From: Deltaproteobacteria bacterium
GTDB taxonomy: Bacteria > Desulfobacterota > Desulfomonilia > UBA1062
Assembly (NCBI GenBank): GCA_015486075.1
Contig: WFSG01000012.1
Coordinates: 21,096 to 85,095, forward strand
Direction: 5' to 3'
DNA: 64,000 nt
The notes below the pieces were generated by a model that was not told the origin of the DNA, made no database searches, and saw nothing but the letters and a program-made list of their open reading frames with translations. Made by a program: the position numbers and the translations under genes. Position 1 is the first letter of the stretch, and each line of letters starts with the position of its first letter. Positions 39,224 through 48,447 of this stretch are shown piece by piece.

Positions 39224-41500
39224 GTGTTAAAGAGGGTCAGATTTTTGTTTACCGGTATTGTGCAGGGCGTGGGTTTTCGTCCTTTCATATATAGGCTAGC
39301 TCACAGGTATTCCTTGAGTGGCTTTGTGCAAAATCGCTCGGACGGGGTGGTAGTGGAGGTTGAAGGTGATGCTGGGGACATAGAAGTGTTCCTTGAGCAC
39401 GTAAGTCAGGAGCTTCCCCTTGTGGCTAGCGTATCCGGCATAAGGTCCGAAGATCTTGAGACAACGGGAGACCGTGGTTTCAGGGTCATAACGAGTGAAA
39501 AAACAGATGCAATGGAGGTGCATATATCCCCTGACATAGCAACTTGTGAAAAGTGTTTAAAAGAGCTTTTTGATCCGGAAGACAGGAGGTTTCGTTATGC
39601 CTTTATAAATTGTACAAACTGCGGGCCAAGGTTAACCATAATAAAAGACATACCTTACGACAGGGAGAATACCTCCATGGAATGTTTTCCCATGTGTAAA
39701 GAATGCAGCAGGGAATACAGTGACCCCTTGGACAGGCGCTTTCACGCCGAACCCAATGCATGTCCTGAGTGCGGACCCCAACTATGGCTTTTGGATTCAT
39801 CGGGTAGAAAAATAGATACACCAGATCCCGTAGAGAGGGCGGTTGACCTCATATCAGAAGGGTACATACTAGCCATAAAGGGGCTTGGCGGATTTCACCT
39901 GAGTGTCGATGCCGGCAATGACGAAGCAGTAAAGAGACTTAGGGATAGGAAATTTAGGGAAGAAAAACCGCTTGCAGTCATGGTCAAGGACGTGACACAT
40001 GCCAGGCTTGTCTCTGAGGTGGGCCAAGTGGAAGAAAGGATCCTAAGATCGCCTGAGAGGCCCATTGTTTTGCTTAGAAAGAAAAATGGCATATTGAGCC
40101 CATATATTGCACCGGGCATGTATACCTATGGTATAATGCTTCCTTATACACCCCTGCATCACCTTCTCCTTGAAAAGCGGTTCAACGCACTTGTGATGAC
40201 GAGTGCCAACCACAAGGATGAGCCCATATGCACTGGGAACAGGGAGGCCCTGGATAGGCTGAATGGCATAGCTGACTTTTTCCTCGTCCATAACAGGGAT
40301 ATACTTGTAAGGTGTGATGATTCCATTGTTTTTGTCCCTTCCAGCGGCATGAGCCTTGTAAGGCGCTCCAGGGGATTCTCACCGAGACCCATCAGGATCT
40401 CTGAACCGCTTCCAGGGGTTCTTGCACTTGGTGGCCACATGAAAACGAGCGTGTGTGTACTTAAACATGACATGGCATTCTTGAGTCCTCACGTTGGTGA
40501 CCTCGAGACCCCGCTTGCGCGCGATTTCCTTTTCAAGAGCATATCTCTTATGGAGAGAATAACAAGCACTAGGCCTGATTGCGTGGCATCCGACCTACAT
40601 CCAGATTATTATTCAACGAGGCTGGCACAGAAGCTGGGTAGGAGGCGTGTGGTACAGGTGCAGCATCACCATGCTCACATAGTTAGCTGCATGGCAGAGA
40701 ACATGGTATCAGGCAGTGTCATAGGCATAGCCATGGACGGTACAGGCTATGGTACGGACGGTGCCGTGTGGGGAGGCGAGTTTCTCCTGTGTGATGAGGC
40801 CTCGTTTCAGAGGGCTGGGCATATAGGGTATTTCGTTCTGCCTGGAGGTGAGAGGGCGGTAAAAGAACCTTGGAGGGTGGCCTTGAGCCTGCTAAGAGAG
40901 GCGTTTGGCAGATCGTGGAAGGAGATTGCAACAGGACTCTCCCTCGTGGAAGACTCATCTCTATTACCAGTGCTCGAGGCCGTTATTGAAAGAAGGATAA
41001 ACAGTCCACAAACATCCAGCCTTGGGAGGTTGTTTGATGGCATTGCAGCTATTGTAGGGTTAAGGAGAAAGGTCAGCTTCGAAGGACAGGCCGCCATGGA
41101 GCTCGAGGCCCTTGCAAGGCTATCAGAGGGCATTGAGCTTGGTTACGGCATAGTGAGTCAAGGTGACAAGCTGATCCTTGACCTGCTACCAACTGTAAGG
41201 GAGATTGCCAAGGGCATGTTGGAAGGGATCCCCAGGGAATTTCTAGCCAGGTCCTTTCACGAAACACTCATAAGCGCCTTTGCGGATATGGCCCTGAGTC
41301 TTGCAGCCTCAACCGGGCTGGGCAGGGTGGTCTTGAGCGGTGGCTGTTTCCAGAACAGGATACTTGTAGAAGGCCTGATGGATAGGCTGACAGGAAAGGG
41401 CGTGGATGTTTTCTTTCACCACTTGATACCCACCAACGACGGTGGTATCTCGCTCGGCCAGGCAGTTTGCGCTGGGTACAGGATAAAGAACAAAGCATGA
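39224..41500 (+). CDS. hypF: carbamoyltransferase HypF
   Basis: GTG start. Acylphosphatase domain (GIVQGVGFRPF), two CxxC zinc fingers, a YrdC-like domain and a Kae1-like domain. Confidence 0.85.
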   Translation: MLKRVRFLFTGIVQGVGFRPFIYRLAHRYSLSGFVQNRSDGVVVEVEGDAGDIEVFLEHVSQELPLVASVSGIRSEDLETTGDRGFRVITSEKTDAMEVHISPDIATCEKCLKELFDPEDRRFRYAFINCTNCGPRLTIIKDIPYDRENTSMECFPMCKECSREYSDPLDRRFHAEPNACPECGPQLWLLDSSGRKIDTPDPVERAVDLISEGYILAIKGLGGFHLSVDAGNDEAVKRLRDRKFREEKPLAVMVKDVTHARLVSEVGQVEERILRSPERPIVLLRKKNGILSPYIAPGMYTYGIMLPYTPLHHLLLEKRFNALVMTSANHKDEPICTGNREALDRLNGIADFFLVHNRDILVRCDDSIVFVPSSGMSLVRRSRGFSPRPIRISEPLPGVLALGGHMKTSVCVLKHDMAFLSPHVGDLETPLARDFLFKSISLMERITSTRPDCVASDLHPDYYSTRLAQKLGRRRVVQVQHHHAHIVSCMAENMVSGSVIGIAMDGTGYGTDGAVWGGEFLLCDEASFQRAGHIGYFVLPGGERAVKEPWRVALSLLREAFGRSWKEIATGLSLVEDSSLLPVLEAVIERRINSPQTSSLGRLFDGIAAIVGLRRKVSFEGQAAMELEALARLSEGIELGYGIVSQGDKLILDLLPTVREIAKGMLEGIPREFLARSFHETLISAFADMALSLAASTGLGRVVLSGGCFQNRILVEGLMDRLTGKGVDVFFHHLIPTNDGGISLGQAVCAGYRIKNKA

Positions 41501-41513
41501 GGGGTAATAACGT

Positions 41514-42521
41514 ATGAAGTATGACAAGGTTCTCTTGGGACATGGCAGTGGTGGCTTGCTTACGAACGAGCTGGTGAGAGATGTGTTTCTTCCAGTGTTC
41601 AGCAACCCGTACCTGGATAGGCTCGAGGACGGCGCCGTGTTTGATGTGGAGGGAAACAGGTTATGCTTCTCCACGGATTCCTATGTGGTGAACCCCGTTA
41701 TCTTTCCAGGGGGAGATATAGGCTCGCTTGCCGTGCACGGTACAGTGAATGATATAGCCATGTGCGGGGCAAGGCCCCTTTTTTTAAGCGTTGCCCTGAT
41801 AATAGAGGAAGGGCTTGACATGGGCCTACTCAAGGACATTGCACTGTCCATATCAAAGGCAGCAGCCAGTGCCGGGGTCCAGGTGGTAACAGGAGATACA
41901 AAGGTGGTTCACAGGGGCTCTGCAGACGGGATATTCATAAATACCTCGGGCATAGGCATTATAAACTACGCCGGCAATGTCTCTGTAAAGAGCGTTAAGC
42001 CAGGTGACGTGGTTATACTGAATGGCCCGGTGGGAGATCACGGTGCAGCAATACTTGCAAAGAGGGAAGAACTGATGCTTGAGTCTGACATAGTGTCTGA
42101 CTCTGCACCACTAAACCACCTGGTAGAGGTAATATTGAACTCTAGTCCTAATATACATTGCATGAGGGATGCAACACGTGGTGGTCTTGGCTCCATACTG
42201 GTGGAGATAGCAGAGATGGCAGGTGTATCAATTACCATTGAGGAAAAGGATATACCTGTAAGGGATAGTGTGAGGGGGGTATGCGAGATCCTGGGCCTGG
42301 ACCCGCTTTTTCTGGCCAACGAAGGCAAGATGGTAGTCTTCTGCCCTGAGGAAGACGCTGACAAAGTTCTGGATGCCATGAGGATGCACGAATATGGGAA
42401 GGACTCTGCTGTCATTGGAAGGGTAGGGGCTGGAAGACCAGGGCTCAGGATGGGCACGCTGATCGGCGGAGAAAGGGAGATAGACCTGCCTACAGGGGAG
42501 CTGGTGCCAAGGATATGCTGA
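41514..42521 (+). CDS. hypE: hydrogenase maturation protein HypE
   Basis: PurM-like fold (LGHGSGG...) and the C-terminal PRIC motif. Confidence 0.9.
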   Translation: MKYDKVLLGHGSGGLLTNELVRDVFLPVFSNPYLDRLEDGAVFDVEGNRLCFSTDSYVVNPVIFPGGDIGSLAVHGTVNDIAMCGARPLFLSVALIIEEGLDMGLLKDIALSISKAAASAGVQVVTGDTKVVHRGSADGIFINTSGIGIINYAGNVSVKSVKPGDVVILNGPVGDHGAAILAKREELMLESDIVSDSAPLNHLVEVILNSSPNIHCMRDATRGGLGSILVEIAEMAGVSITIEEKDIPVRDSVRGVCEILGLDPLFLANEGKMVVFCPEEDADKVLDAMRMHEYGKDSAVIGRVGAGRPGLRMGTLIGGEREIDLPTGELVPRIC

Positions 42522-42702
42522 TACCCAAAGGCACCTAGGGCTCCCGGGCCTGTAAGATTCATGGGCAACCGGTATTTACTTGAATTACATGGTTATCTTT
42601 AATAGTATTATGTTTACAAGTCCTTGGCATTTGCACCATGCGCAAGGGTGAGGCGAGATTTATGTACAAAACCTTATTCAGGTGTTTAAGAAGGAGATCC
42701 AG

Positions 42703-43677
42703 ATGAAGAAACATGGCTTGGGCTTTACCGTCTTACTCCTCCTCCTTCCCCTGGCAGTTAGTACTGGCTGCGGGCTATTCGTACGTCATATCCCCGAGGG
42801 CAAGATTCTTAACCAGACAAGCAAGGATCATTTCGTGAGGATAGGTAGTGTGAATTACCACTACGTTGAGTATCCGGCTGATGGGGAGGATGTGTTTCTG
42901 CTGCACGGGTATGCTTCATCCACCTATACATGGGAAAAAGTAGCACCCATACTCAACAAGGCTGGCTTGCACGTCTGGGCGCTTGACATGAAGGGCTTTG
43001 GCTGGTCTGACAAACCTAGGGATGCAAAGTATGATCCTGTTTCCCTGATGGAGGACGTCAATGACTGGATGGACTATATGGGCTTGAGCAAGGTTACTTT
43101 CGTAGGAAATTCCCTGGGTGGTGGTATTGCCTTCATGATGGCCATTGACCATCCAGACAAGGTGAAGAGACTGGTCTTGATTGATCCGGCAATATATCCC
43201 CAGAAGCCTCCCCTGGTTATAAGGATGTCCACCTGGCCGGGTGCAGTCTTTACCTCAAAACTCATATTTGGGCGGTGGATGATAAGGATGAATCTACATC
43301 AGGTGTATTATCACAGGGATTGGGTTACAAAGGAACAGGTTAATGCATATTACGACAGGTTGCGGACAGAGAATGCCCTTTATGCCACCATAGCGGTTGC
43401 CAGAGCCATAGTTGAGACCAATCCAGTAACCATCGAGAAATATGCAGAGAAAATGCATGAGATGAAAACTCATACCCTCCTAATATGGGGTGGCGAAGAC
43501 AGGTGGATACCGATAAAAAACGGCTACAGGCTGAAGAAAGACCTGCCGAATGCGATTCTTGCCGTCATTCCAGAGTGTGGCCATATACCCCAGGAAGAGA
43601 AACCGGCCGAGACTGCAACCCTTATAAAGGATTTCATTATGGGTAAGCCCATAAAAGAAGCGCCGATACCAGGGTAA
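42703..43677 (+). CDS. alpha/beta-fold hydrolase, probable lipoprotein
   Basis: MKKHGLGFTVLLLLLPLAVSTGC is a signal peptide with a lipobox. Nucleophile elbow GNSLGG. The ATG at 42703 is preferred because AAGGAG lies 9 nt upstream. Confidence 0.7.
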   Translation: MKKHGLGFTVLLLLLPLAVSTGCGLFVRHIPEGKILNQTSKDHFVRIGSVNYHYVEYPADGEDVFLLHGYASSTYTWEKVAPILNKAGLHVWALDMKGFGWSDKPRDAKYDPVSLMEDVNDWMDYMGLSKVTFVGNSLGGGIAFMMAIDHPDKVKRLVLIDPAIYPQKPPLVIRMSTWPGAVFTSKLIFGRWMIRMNLHQVYYHRDWVTKEQVNAYYDRLRTENALYATIAVARAIVETNPVTIEKYAEKMHEMKTHTLLIWGGEDRWIPIKNGYRLKKDLPNAILAVIPECGHIPQEEKPAETATLIKDFIMGKPIKEAPIPG

Positions 43678-43680
43678 GCT

Positions 43681-43714
43681 ATAAGGTGCAAGGTGTGGTT
43701 ACAAGGCGTAAGAC
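43681..43714 (+). repeat. AAGGYG heptad-like repeats just 3' of the hydrolase stop
   Basis: atAAGGTGcAAGGTGtggttacAAGGCGtAAGAC begins 4 nt after the TAA at 43675-43677. Same motif class as 3009-3039. Confidence 0.45.
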
Positions 43715-44009
43715 TCAAAAGTTATTAATCTTCAGCGGCCAGATGACAGCAAGCAAGTTGTAAGAGTCAAAATTGTTACGTGTACCAAGTAACTTGGTTC
43801 AAGCTGGAGAACACGCATACGGTGTTGGTCGTAGGTTTAGCTGGTTTACAGGCAGACTAAAGGCCCGGCCATGGGTGGTTGACAGTAGCCCCAAGGACCC
43901 GGCGCTTTAAACCTTTGTTTTTGGACTAATAGTTGAAACGTAAACAGATCAGAGAGCTAGGTATAGAAAAACATGTCCTGCTTTGGCTCCTGATGGCTAG
44001 GAGAGGGCG

Positions 44010-44759
44010 TTGATGCTTAAAAAGGTAATGTCAATGGAAAAACAGGATCAGGAAGGTCTGGTAGAATGTGTTGTTGATGGCTTCAGGAGGATACTGGTAC
44101 ATTACGGCCTGTGGTTCTCAGAGGTGGCTCACCAGCTAGGCTTTGAGAATGCCTGCAGCATAGAGGACGATGTATGGAACAAGAGCCTTGGTATACAGAT
44201 GAAGCGTTTAGGCGACTTGCTCGGTTTCGAGGTAGATGCCAAAGGTATTCCTATATCTCTAAAAAAGTTATCTCCCGGTGAATTATTCGAAGTTATGAGG
44301 GCATTGGGTATTAATTGGCTTGCAAATGACGGTGTATGGTTCCAGGCGGTAGAGACATCGATAGATCTGTTTACTGCAAAGAGGTGCAATGACACGTGCT
44401 GGACCAGGTTCTCGCCTTATGAAGCCTTGAGAATAAAGAGGTTATTAGATTTGCCGCAACAGGGTGGTATATCGGCACTCCGGCAGGCACTTGGGTACAG
44501 GATGTACTCAAGGATAAATAAACAGTCCTTCGAAGAAGTGGATGATAAAACACTCGTATTCAAAATGGTTGACTGTAGGGTTCAAGCGGCCAGGAAAAGA
44601 AGGGGATTGCCTGACTATCCCTGCAAGTCCGCTGGCATAGTGGAATACAGCACGTTTGCCTCTACCATTGATTCCAGGACAAGGACAGAATGCATTGCAT
44701 GCCCACCTGATGATCATCCTGAGGAATGGTACTGCGCATGGAGGTTTACAGTAGGTTGA
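44010..44759 (+). CDS. hypothetical cytoplasmic protein
   Basis: TTG start after GGAGAGGG. 249 aa with no recognised motif. The C-terminus is Cys-rich (CKSAG...CIACPP...CAW). Confidence 0.5.
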   Translation: MMLKKVMSMEKQDQEGLVECVVDGFRRILVHYGLWFSEVAHQLGFENACSIEDDVWNKSLGIQMKRLGDLLGFEVDAKGIPISLKKLSPGELFEVMRALGINWLANDGVWFQAVETSIDLFTAKRCNDTCWTRFSPYEALRIKRLLDLPQQGGISALRQALGYRMYSRINKQSFEEVDDKTLVFKMVDCRVQAARKRRGLPDYPCKSAGIVEYSTFASTIDSRTRTECIACPPDDHPEEWYCAWRFTVG

Positions 44760-44921
44760 GTGCCAGTGTTTAGAGAATGGCTGGCATCTCTCTGAACAAT
44801 ACGAAATATAGGGATATGACGTGCTTAATACTGGGGATCCTACATGTGATGCATTTTAATGCTTTGAATAAAGATGTAGATGGTGCTAGTGTTTTATACA
44901 TTATAGCATAGCAAAGGAGAA

Positions 44922-46013
44922 ATGCCCTTGGTCGATTACGGTAGAAGGGAATTAGTAAAGGTATTGCTTCATGTACCCCTATTAACCGTGATACCAGTAA
45001 GTGCGTTCGCCAGGACAGGTAGGTATATGCATTTCTACCTTCCTCCAAAACCGTTCGAGCTGAACGTAAAACATGGGGCAAAGAAAGGTGGGCGAATTCT
45101 CGTTATAGGTGGCATACATGGAAATGAACCCGGGGGATACAGGGCATCCGACATGCTCATGGATGTGGACGTTACCAAAGGCAGCCTGCTCATTGTCCCA
45201 AGATCGAACTTTACGTCTATACTGGCTTTCAAGAGAGGGTATAATGGGGACATGAACAGGAAGTTTGCAGGTATAGGAAAGGATGATCCCGACCTTATTC
45301 AGGTGCAGCGTATCAAACAGGTAATAAGAGACTTCAAGCCGGACGTGCTCCTTTCGCTGCACGACGGATACGGTTTCAACAGCATCGACACCAGATACTG
45401 GGGACAATCTGTTGTAATAGATGCCGAGAGGTTCTTAGGGTTTGAACTGGGCGATGTGGCAAGGCAAGTGGCATCTGCCGTTAATAGAAAGATAAAGGTA
45501 AAGAAGTGGCACATTCCTGTACTCAATACCAGGACATTTGATAGAGATACTCACCACCCAGAGCAGAGGAGGTCACTTACCTTCTTTACCCTTACCCAGT
45601 GCCACACAAGGGCCTTCTGCTTGGAGGTCTCAAAGCAGCTACCTAATCTCAAGATAAAAGTCAGGCATCATCTGCTTATGTTAAAAGAATTCTTCAGCAT
45701 ATTTAACGTTGAGATCTCGCCTGACTTTGATACCCTTATCTCGGGTCTTGGACTAAATCATGTTAAGAAAGACGGTTTCTCGGTTGACATGGACATAAAC
45801 GGCAAGGAAGTCAATGTAGATGCAGGGTCCACAATAAGGGTTCCTTCTGCATCAGAGATAAAGATGCTTTCTATAAATGGACCAAGAGGCACTTTTATTG
45901 TTCCCTCAGGTGTTAACCTTAACTGGCAAAGGTTTTTTGTCAGGCATGACATGAGCTTTTTTATAAAGAGAGACTTTGAAAGGCTGGCTAGAATAAGGTT
46001 TGTAATCGCTTAA
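44922..46013 (+). CDS. succinylglutamate-desuccinylase/aspartoacylase (M14-like) family zinc hydrolase, Tat-exported, with a C-terminal extension
   Basis: N-terminal twin-arginine signal GRRELVKVLLHVPLLTVIPVSAFA. GGIHGNEPGG and LHDGYGFN metal-site motifs. About 150 aa of extra C-terminal sequence. Confidence 0.6.
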   Translation: MPLVDYGRRELVKVLLHVPLLTVIPVSAFARTGRYMHFYLPPKPFELNVKHGAKKGGRILVIGGIHGNEPGGYRASDMLMDVDVTKGSLLIVPRSNFTSILAFKRGYNGDMNRKFAGIGKDDPDLIQVQRIKQVIRDFKPDVLLSLHDGYGFNSIDTRYWGQSVVIDAERFLGFELGDVARQVASAVNRKIKVKKWHIPVLNTRTFDRDTHHPEQRRSLTFFTLTQCHTRAFCLEVSKQLPNLKIKVRHHLLMLKEFFSIFNVEISPDFDTLISGLGLNHVKKDGFSVDMDINGKEVNVDAGSTIRVPSASEIKMLSINGPRGTFIVPSGVNLNWQRFFVRHDMSFFIKRDFERLARIRFVIA

Positions 46014-46098
46014 TACCTTCTTGCTGAAGTCCTCTTTAGGGCCGATCCCATTATGCCATACTTTTTCTGTTGACAGGTTTTTCGCGGTCTGGTATTTA

Positions 46099-46125
46099 AA
46101 CAAATAAACATATTGTTCATTTGTT
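46099..46125. promoter_or_regulatory. 12-3-12 near-perfect inverted repeat, candidate TetR operator
   Basis: AACAAATAAACA-tat-TGTTCATTTGTT has one mismatch. It ends immediately upstream of the TetR helix-turn-helix coding region. Confidence 0.5.
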
Positions 46126-46227
46126 ATAAAAAGAAAGGTCAAGATAAATCAGCTCTATGATGCATCCTTAAGGGTCTTTGCTCGTTATGGCTACAAGAAG
46201 GCCACGGTCGAGGATATAGCAAACGAG

Positions 46228-46707
46228 GTGGGCATGACCAAGGGTAACTTATACATTTACGTGAGGAATAAGGAGGATCTTTATGAGAAGGCTGTTGCCT
46301 ATGCACTTCTGAAGTGGCAGGCAAAGGTAAGAAGAGACGTGGACCTAGAACAGGATGCGGTGAGAAAGTTCGAGGTCATGTGCAAGAGGGCGTTTGAGTA
46401 CTTATCGAAGGATCAGGTGCTAAGGACAGTCTTGATGAACGACCCCAGCATATTTCCCATTACACCCAAGGAAGATCGGTTCTCGGAGATAAACAGTGCC
46501 TCGATGGACATGTTGAAAGGGGTCATTCTTGAAGGTATTGAGAAGGGTAGTTTCAGGAAGGTCGACGTTGACCATGTAACAGGGTTGCTATTTTCAATAT
46601 ACGTGATGTTCATCATCAAGGCCTACGTAAAGTCCGAGGGAAAGTCAGCAAGGGCTATGTTCGAGCAGGGCATTGACATTGTACTAAGGGGCCTTATGAG
46701 AAGATAA
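46228..46707 (+). CDS. TetR/AcrR-family regulator with no canonical start codon found
   Basis: The HTH region ...LYDASLRVFARYGYKKATVEDIANEVGMTKGNLYIYV is encoded in frame from 46129 onwards, but no ATG, GTG or TTG lies between the in-frame stop at 46105 and the GTG at 46228. Confidence 0.6.
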   Translation: MGMTKGNLYIYVRNKEDLYEKAVAYALLKWQAKVRRDVDLEQDAVRKFEVMCKRAFEYLSKDQVLRTVLMNDPSIFPITPKEDRFSEINSASMDMLKGVILEGIEKGSFRKVDVDHVTGLLFSIYVMFIIKAYVKSEGKSARAMFEQGIDIVLRGLMRR

Positions 46708-46760
46708 CCAAGTTACAGGGATGGTTGATTAAGCGGCCTAAAAAATAGAGGAGGTTACAC

Positions 46761-47162
46761 ATGGGAGAAAAACTTACATACCTAAGCCCTGAATGGTGCG
46801 AAGAAGTAAAGGCTAGGCTTGCAAGAGAGATAAGTCCGGAAAAGATGAAATACATAACCACGTCCATGACAAACGTCTATAGAAATTGCCCTGATGGCAG
46901 GGATAAGTACCTTTATTTCAAATGCGAGGACGGTGTTTTCACTGATGTGTTTGTCGGTGATGGTGAGCCGCCTAAAGCGGAATTCGTGATTACCGGCGAT
47001 TATAGCACTTTTGCCAGCATATCGCAGGGAAAGCTCAAGTCGCAGAGGGCACTCATGGGTGGGAAGCTGAAATTGAGAGGTAACATGGTAAAGGCGTTAA
47101 AGCTTGCATCTCTCGCTGATCGTCTTAATTTTGTTATAGCAGGCATCCCCACTGATTACTAG
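46761..47162 (+). CDS. SCP2 sterol-carrier-like domain protein
   Basis: SCP2 fold pattern with the C-terminal GKLKLRGNMVKALKL. RBS GAGGAGG before the ATG. Confidence 0.7.
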   Translation: MGEKLTYLSPEWCEEVKARLAREISPEKMKYITTSMTNVYRNCPDGRDKYLYFKCEDGVFTDVFVGDGEPPKAEFVITGDYSTFASISQGKLKSQRALMGGKLKLRGNMVKALKLASLADRLNFVIAGIPTDY

Positions 47163-47176
47163 TACAAAGGAGGCCT

Positions 47177-48409
47177 ATGATGGGTAATAAGCATACGGAT
47201 GAAAGGGATCCTTTTTACATAGATTATCCAGGTCGCATAGCCAACATACAGAAACTCATGGCCGAGCAGGATATAGATGCATACCTTGGCTCGCGTCTAA
47301 GGACACTATCATGGACCACGGATGCGTTCTGTCCTTGGAGGAGCTTTGTCATTATCCCTTCCGATGGTCTGCCAACGGTTTTTACGTTTGTGATTGATGC
47401 GGCAAGGGTTGCGGATGATTCGTGGCTTGATGAAGATCACGTACTGGGCTATGCCCCAATGGGAGGGATGGACCAGATATCGATCATATCAGACTTTATA
47501 AGAGATACGCTAGGTATAAAGCGTGGCAGGATAGGCGTGGAAAACGGCATGTCGAACTACCTGCCGGAAGGGAACCTCACTCACTACGAGTACGAACAAT
47601 TCAAGGCAGCCTTGCCAAGTTGCGAGCTCGTGGATGCGCACCAGATAATAGACAGGCTGTCCTTGATCAAGGACCAGGGTACCATAAACAGATTTAGAGA
47701 GGCATCTAGGATAGTGGACGAGGGGCACAAGGCCGTGAGGAATGCCCTTGAGAACGGTGGCTGGAGAGGAAAGACCGAGACAGAGATAGCGGGTATAGCG
47801 GCCCTTGCCATGAGAAAGGCAGGTAGCGAGTGGGAATGGTCCTTCACAGGTGGCAACGAGATAGCAAGCGGTTACAGGACCGGATTTGCAGGTGGTGCCT
47901 GTACCCCGGCAACCAGGAGGGAGATACAGCAGGGTGAGCCCCTTATGGTAGACATACATGCCATGTTCAAGCTTGGCCTTGGGGATCACAGCCATAATTA
48001 CTTCATAGGTACGGCAAGTGACAGGCAATGGTGGCATGCCAACAATTTCCTCGACATGGTAAGGCTAGTTCTGGATACTTACAGGGCTGGGATAACGCCT
48101 GTAGGACTTGCTGAGGAGATGATGGGTTTTGCCGAGGAAAGGGGGTTTGCAGAAAACATGGTGCCCGGTTTTGAACATGGTATAGGCATGATGGGAGATG
48201 AATGGCGCATAGGCCTCGGAGACGGCCCCATACCTTTTTGGACGAATCCAGAACACGTTTACCAGGACGGAGAGCTCATTATATGCGCCATGCAGTACGC
48301 ATGTCCCGATGAAAATATAGGTTTCAGGTACGAGAACCCCATAGTTATAAAAAAAGACGGTTGTGAACCCTTGTCCAAGTTTCCCCTTGACATAGAGGAG
48401 ATTCGCTAG
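47177..48409 (+). CDS. M24-family metallopeptidase (Xaa-Pro aminopeptidase/creatinase type)
   Basis: Creatinase-like N-domain plus a pita-bread domain with metal ligands (D...D...H...E...E context). RBS GGAGG before the ATG. Confidence 0.75.
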   Translation: MMGNKHTDERDPFYIDYPGRIANIQKLMAEQDIDAYLGSRLRTLSWTTDAFCPWRSFVIIPSDGLPTVFTFVIDAARVADDSWLDEDHVLGYAPMGGMDQISIISDFIRDTLGIKRGRIGVENGMSNYLPEGNLTHYEYEQFKAALPSCELVDAHQIIDRLSLIKDQGTINRFREASRIVDEGHKAVRNALENGGWRGKTETEIAGIAALAMRKAGSEWEWSFTGGNEIASGYRTGFAGGACTPATRREIQQGEPLMVDIHAMFKLGLGDHSHNYFIGTASDRQWWHANNFLDMVRLVLDTYRAGITPVGLAEEMMGFAEERGFAENMVPGFEHGIGMMGDEWRIGLGDGPIPFWTNPEHVYQDGELIICAMQYACPDENIGFRYENPIVIKKDGCEPLSKFPLDIEEIR

Positions 48410-48447
48410 GGTTCGGGAAATTAGAGCAATAAATAAGACTTAGGTAG

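Noticed and set aside
42522-42702. GGGCTCCCGGGCC GC-rich segment after hypE, considered as a terminator.
   Set aside because: It is not a clean inverted repeat and has no T-tract. hypE may simply read through to, or terminate weakly before, the hydrolase gene.
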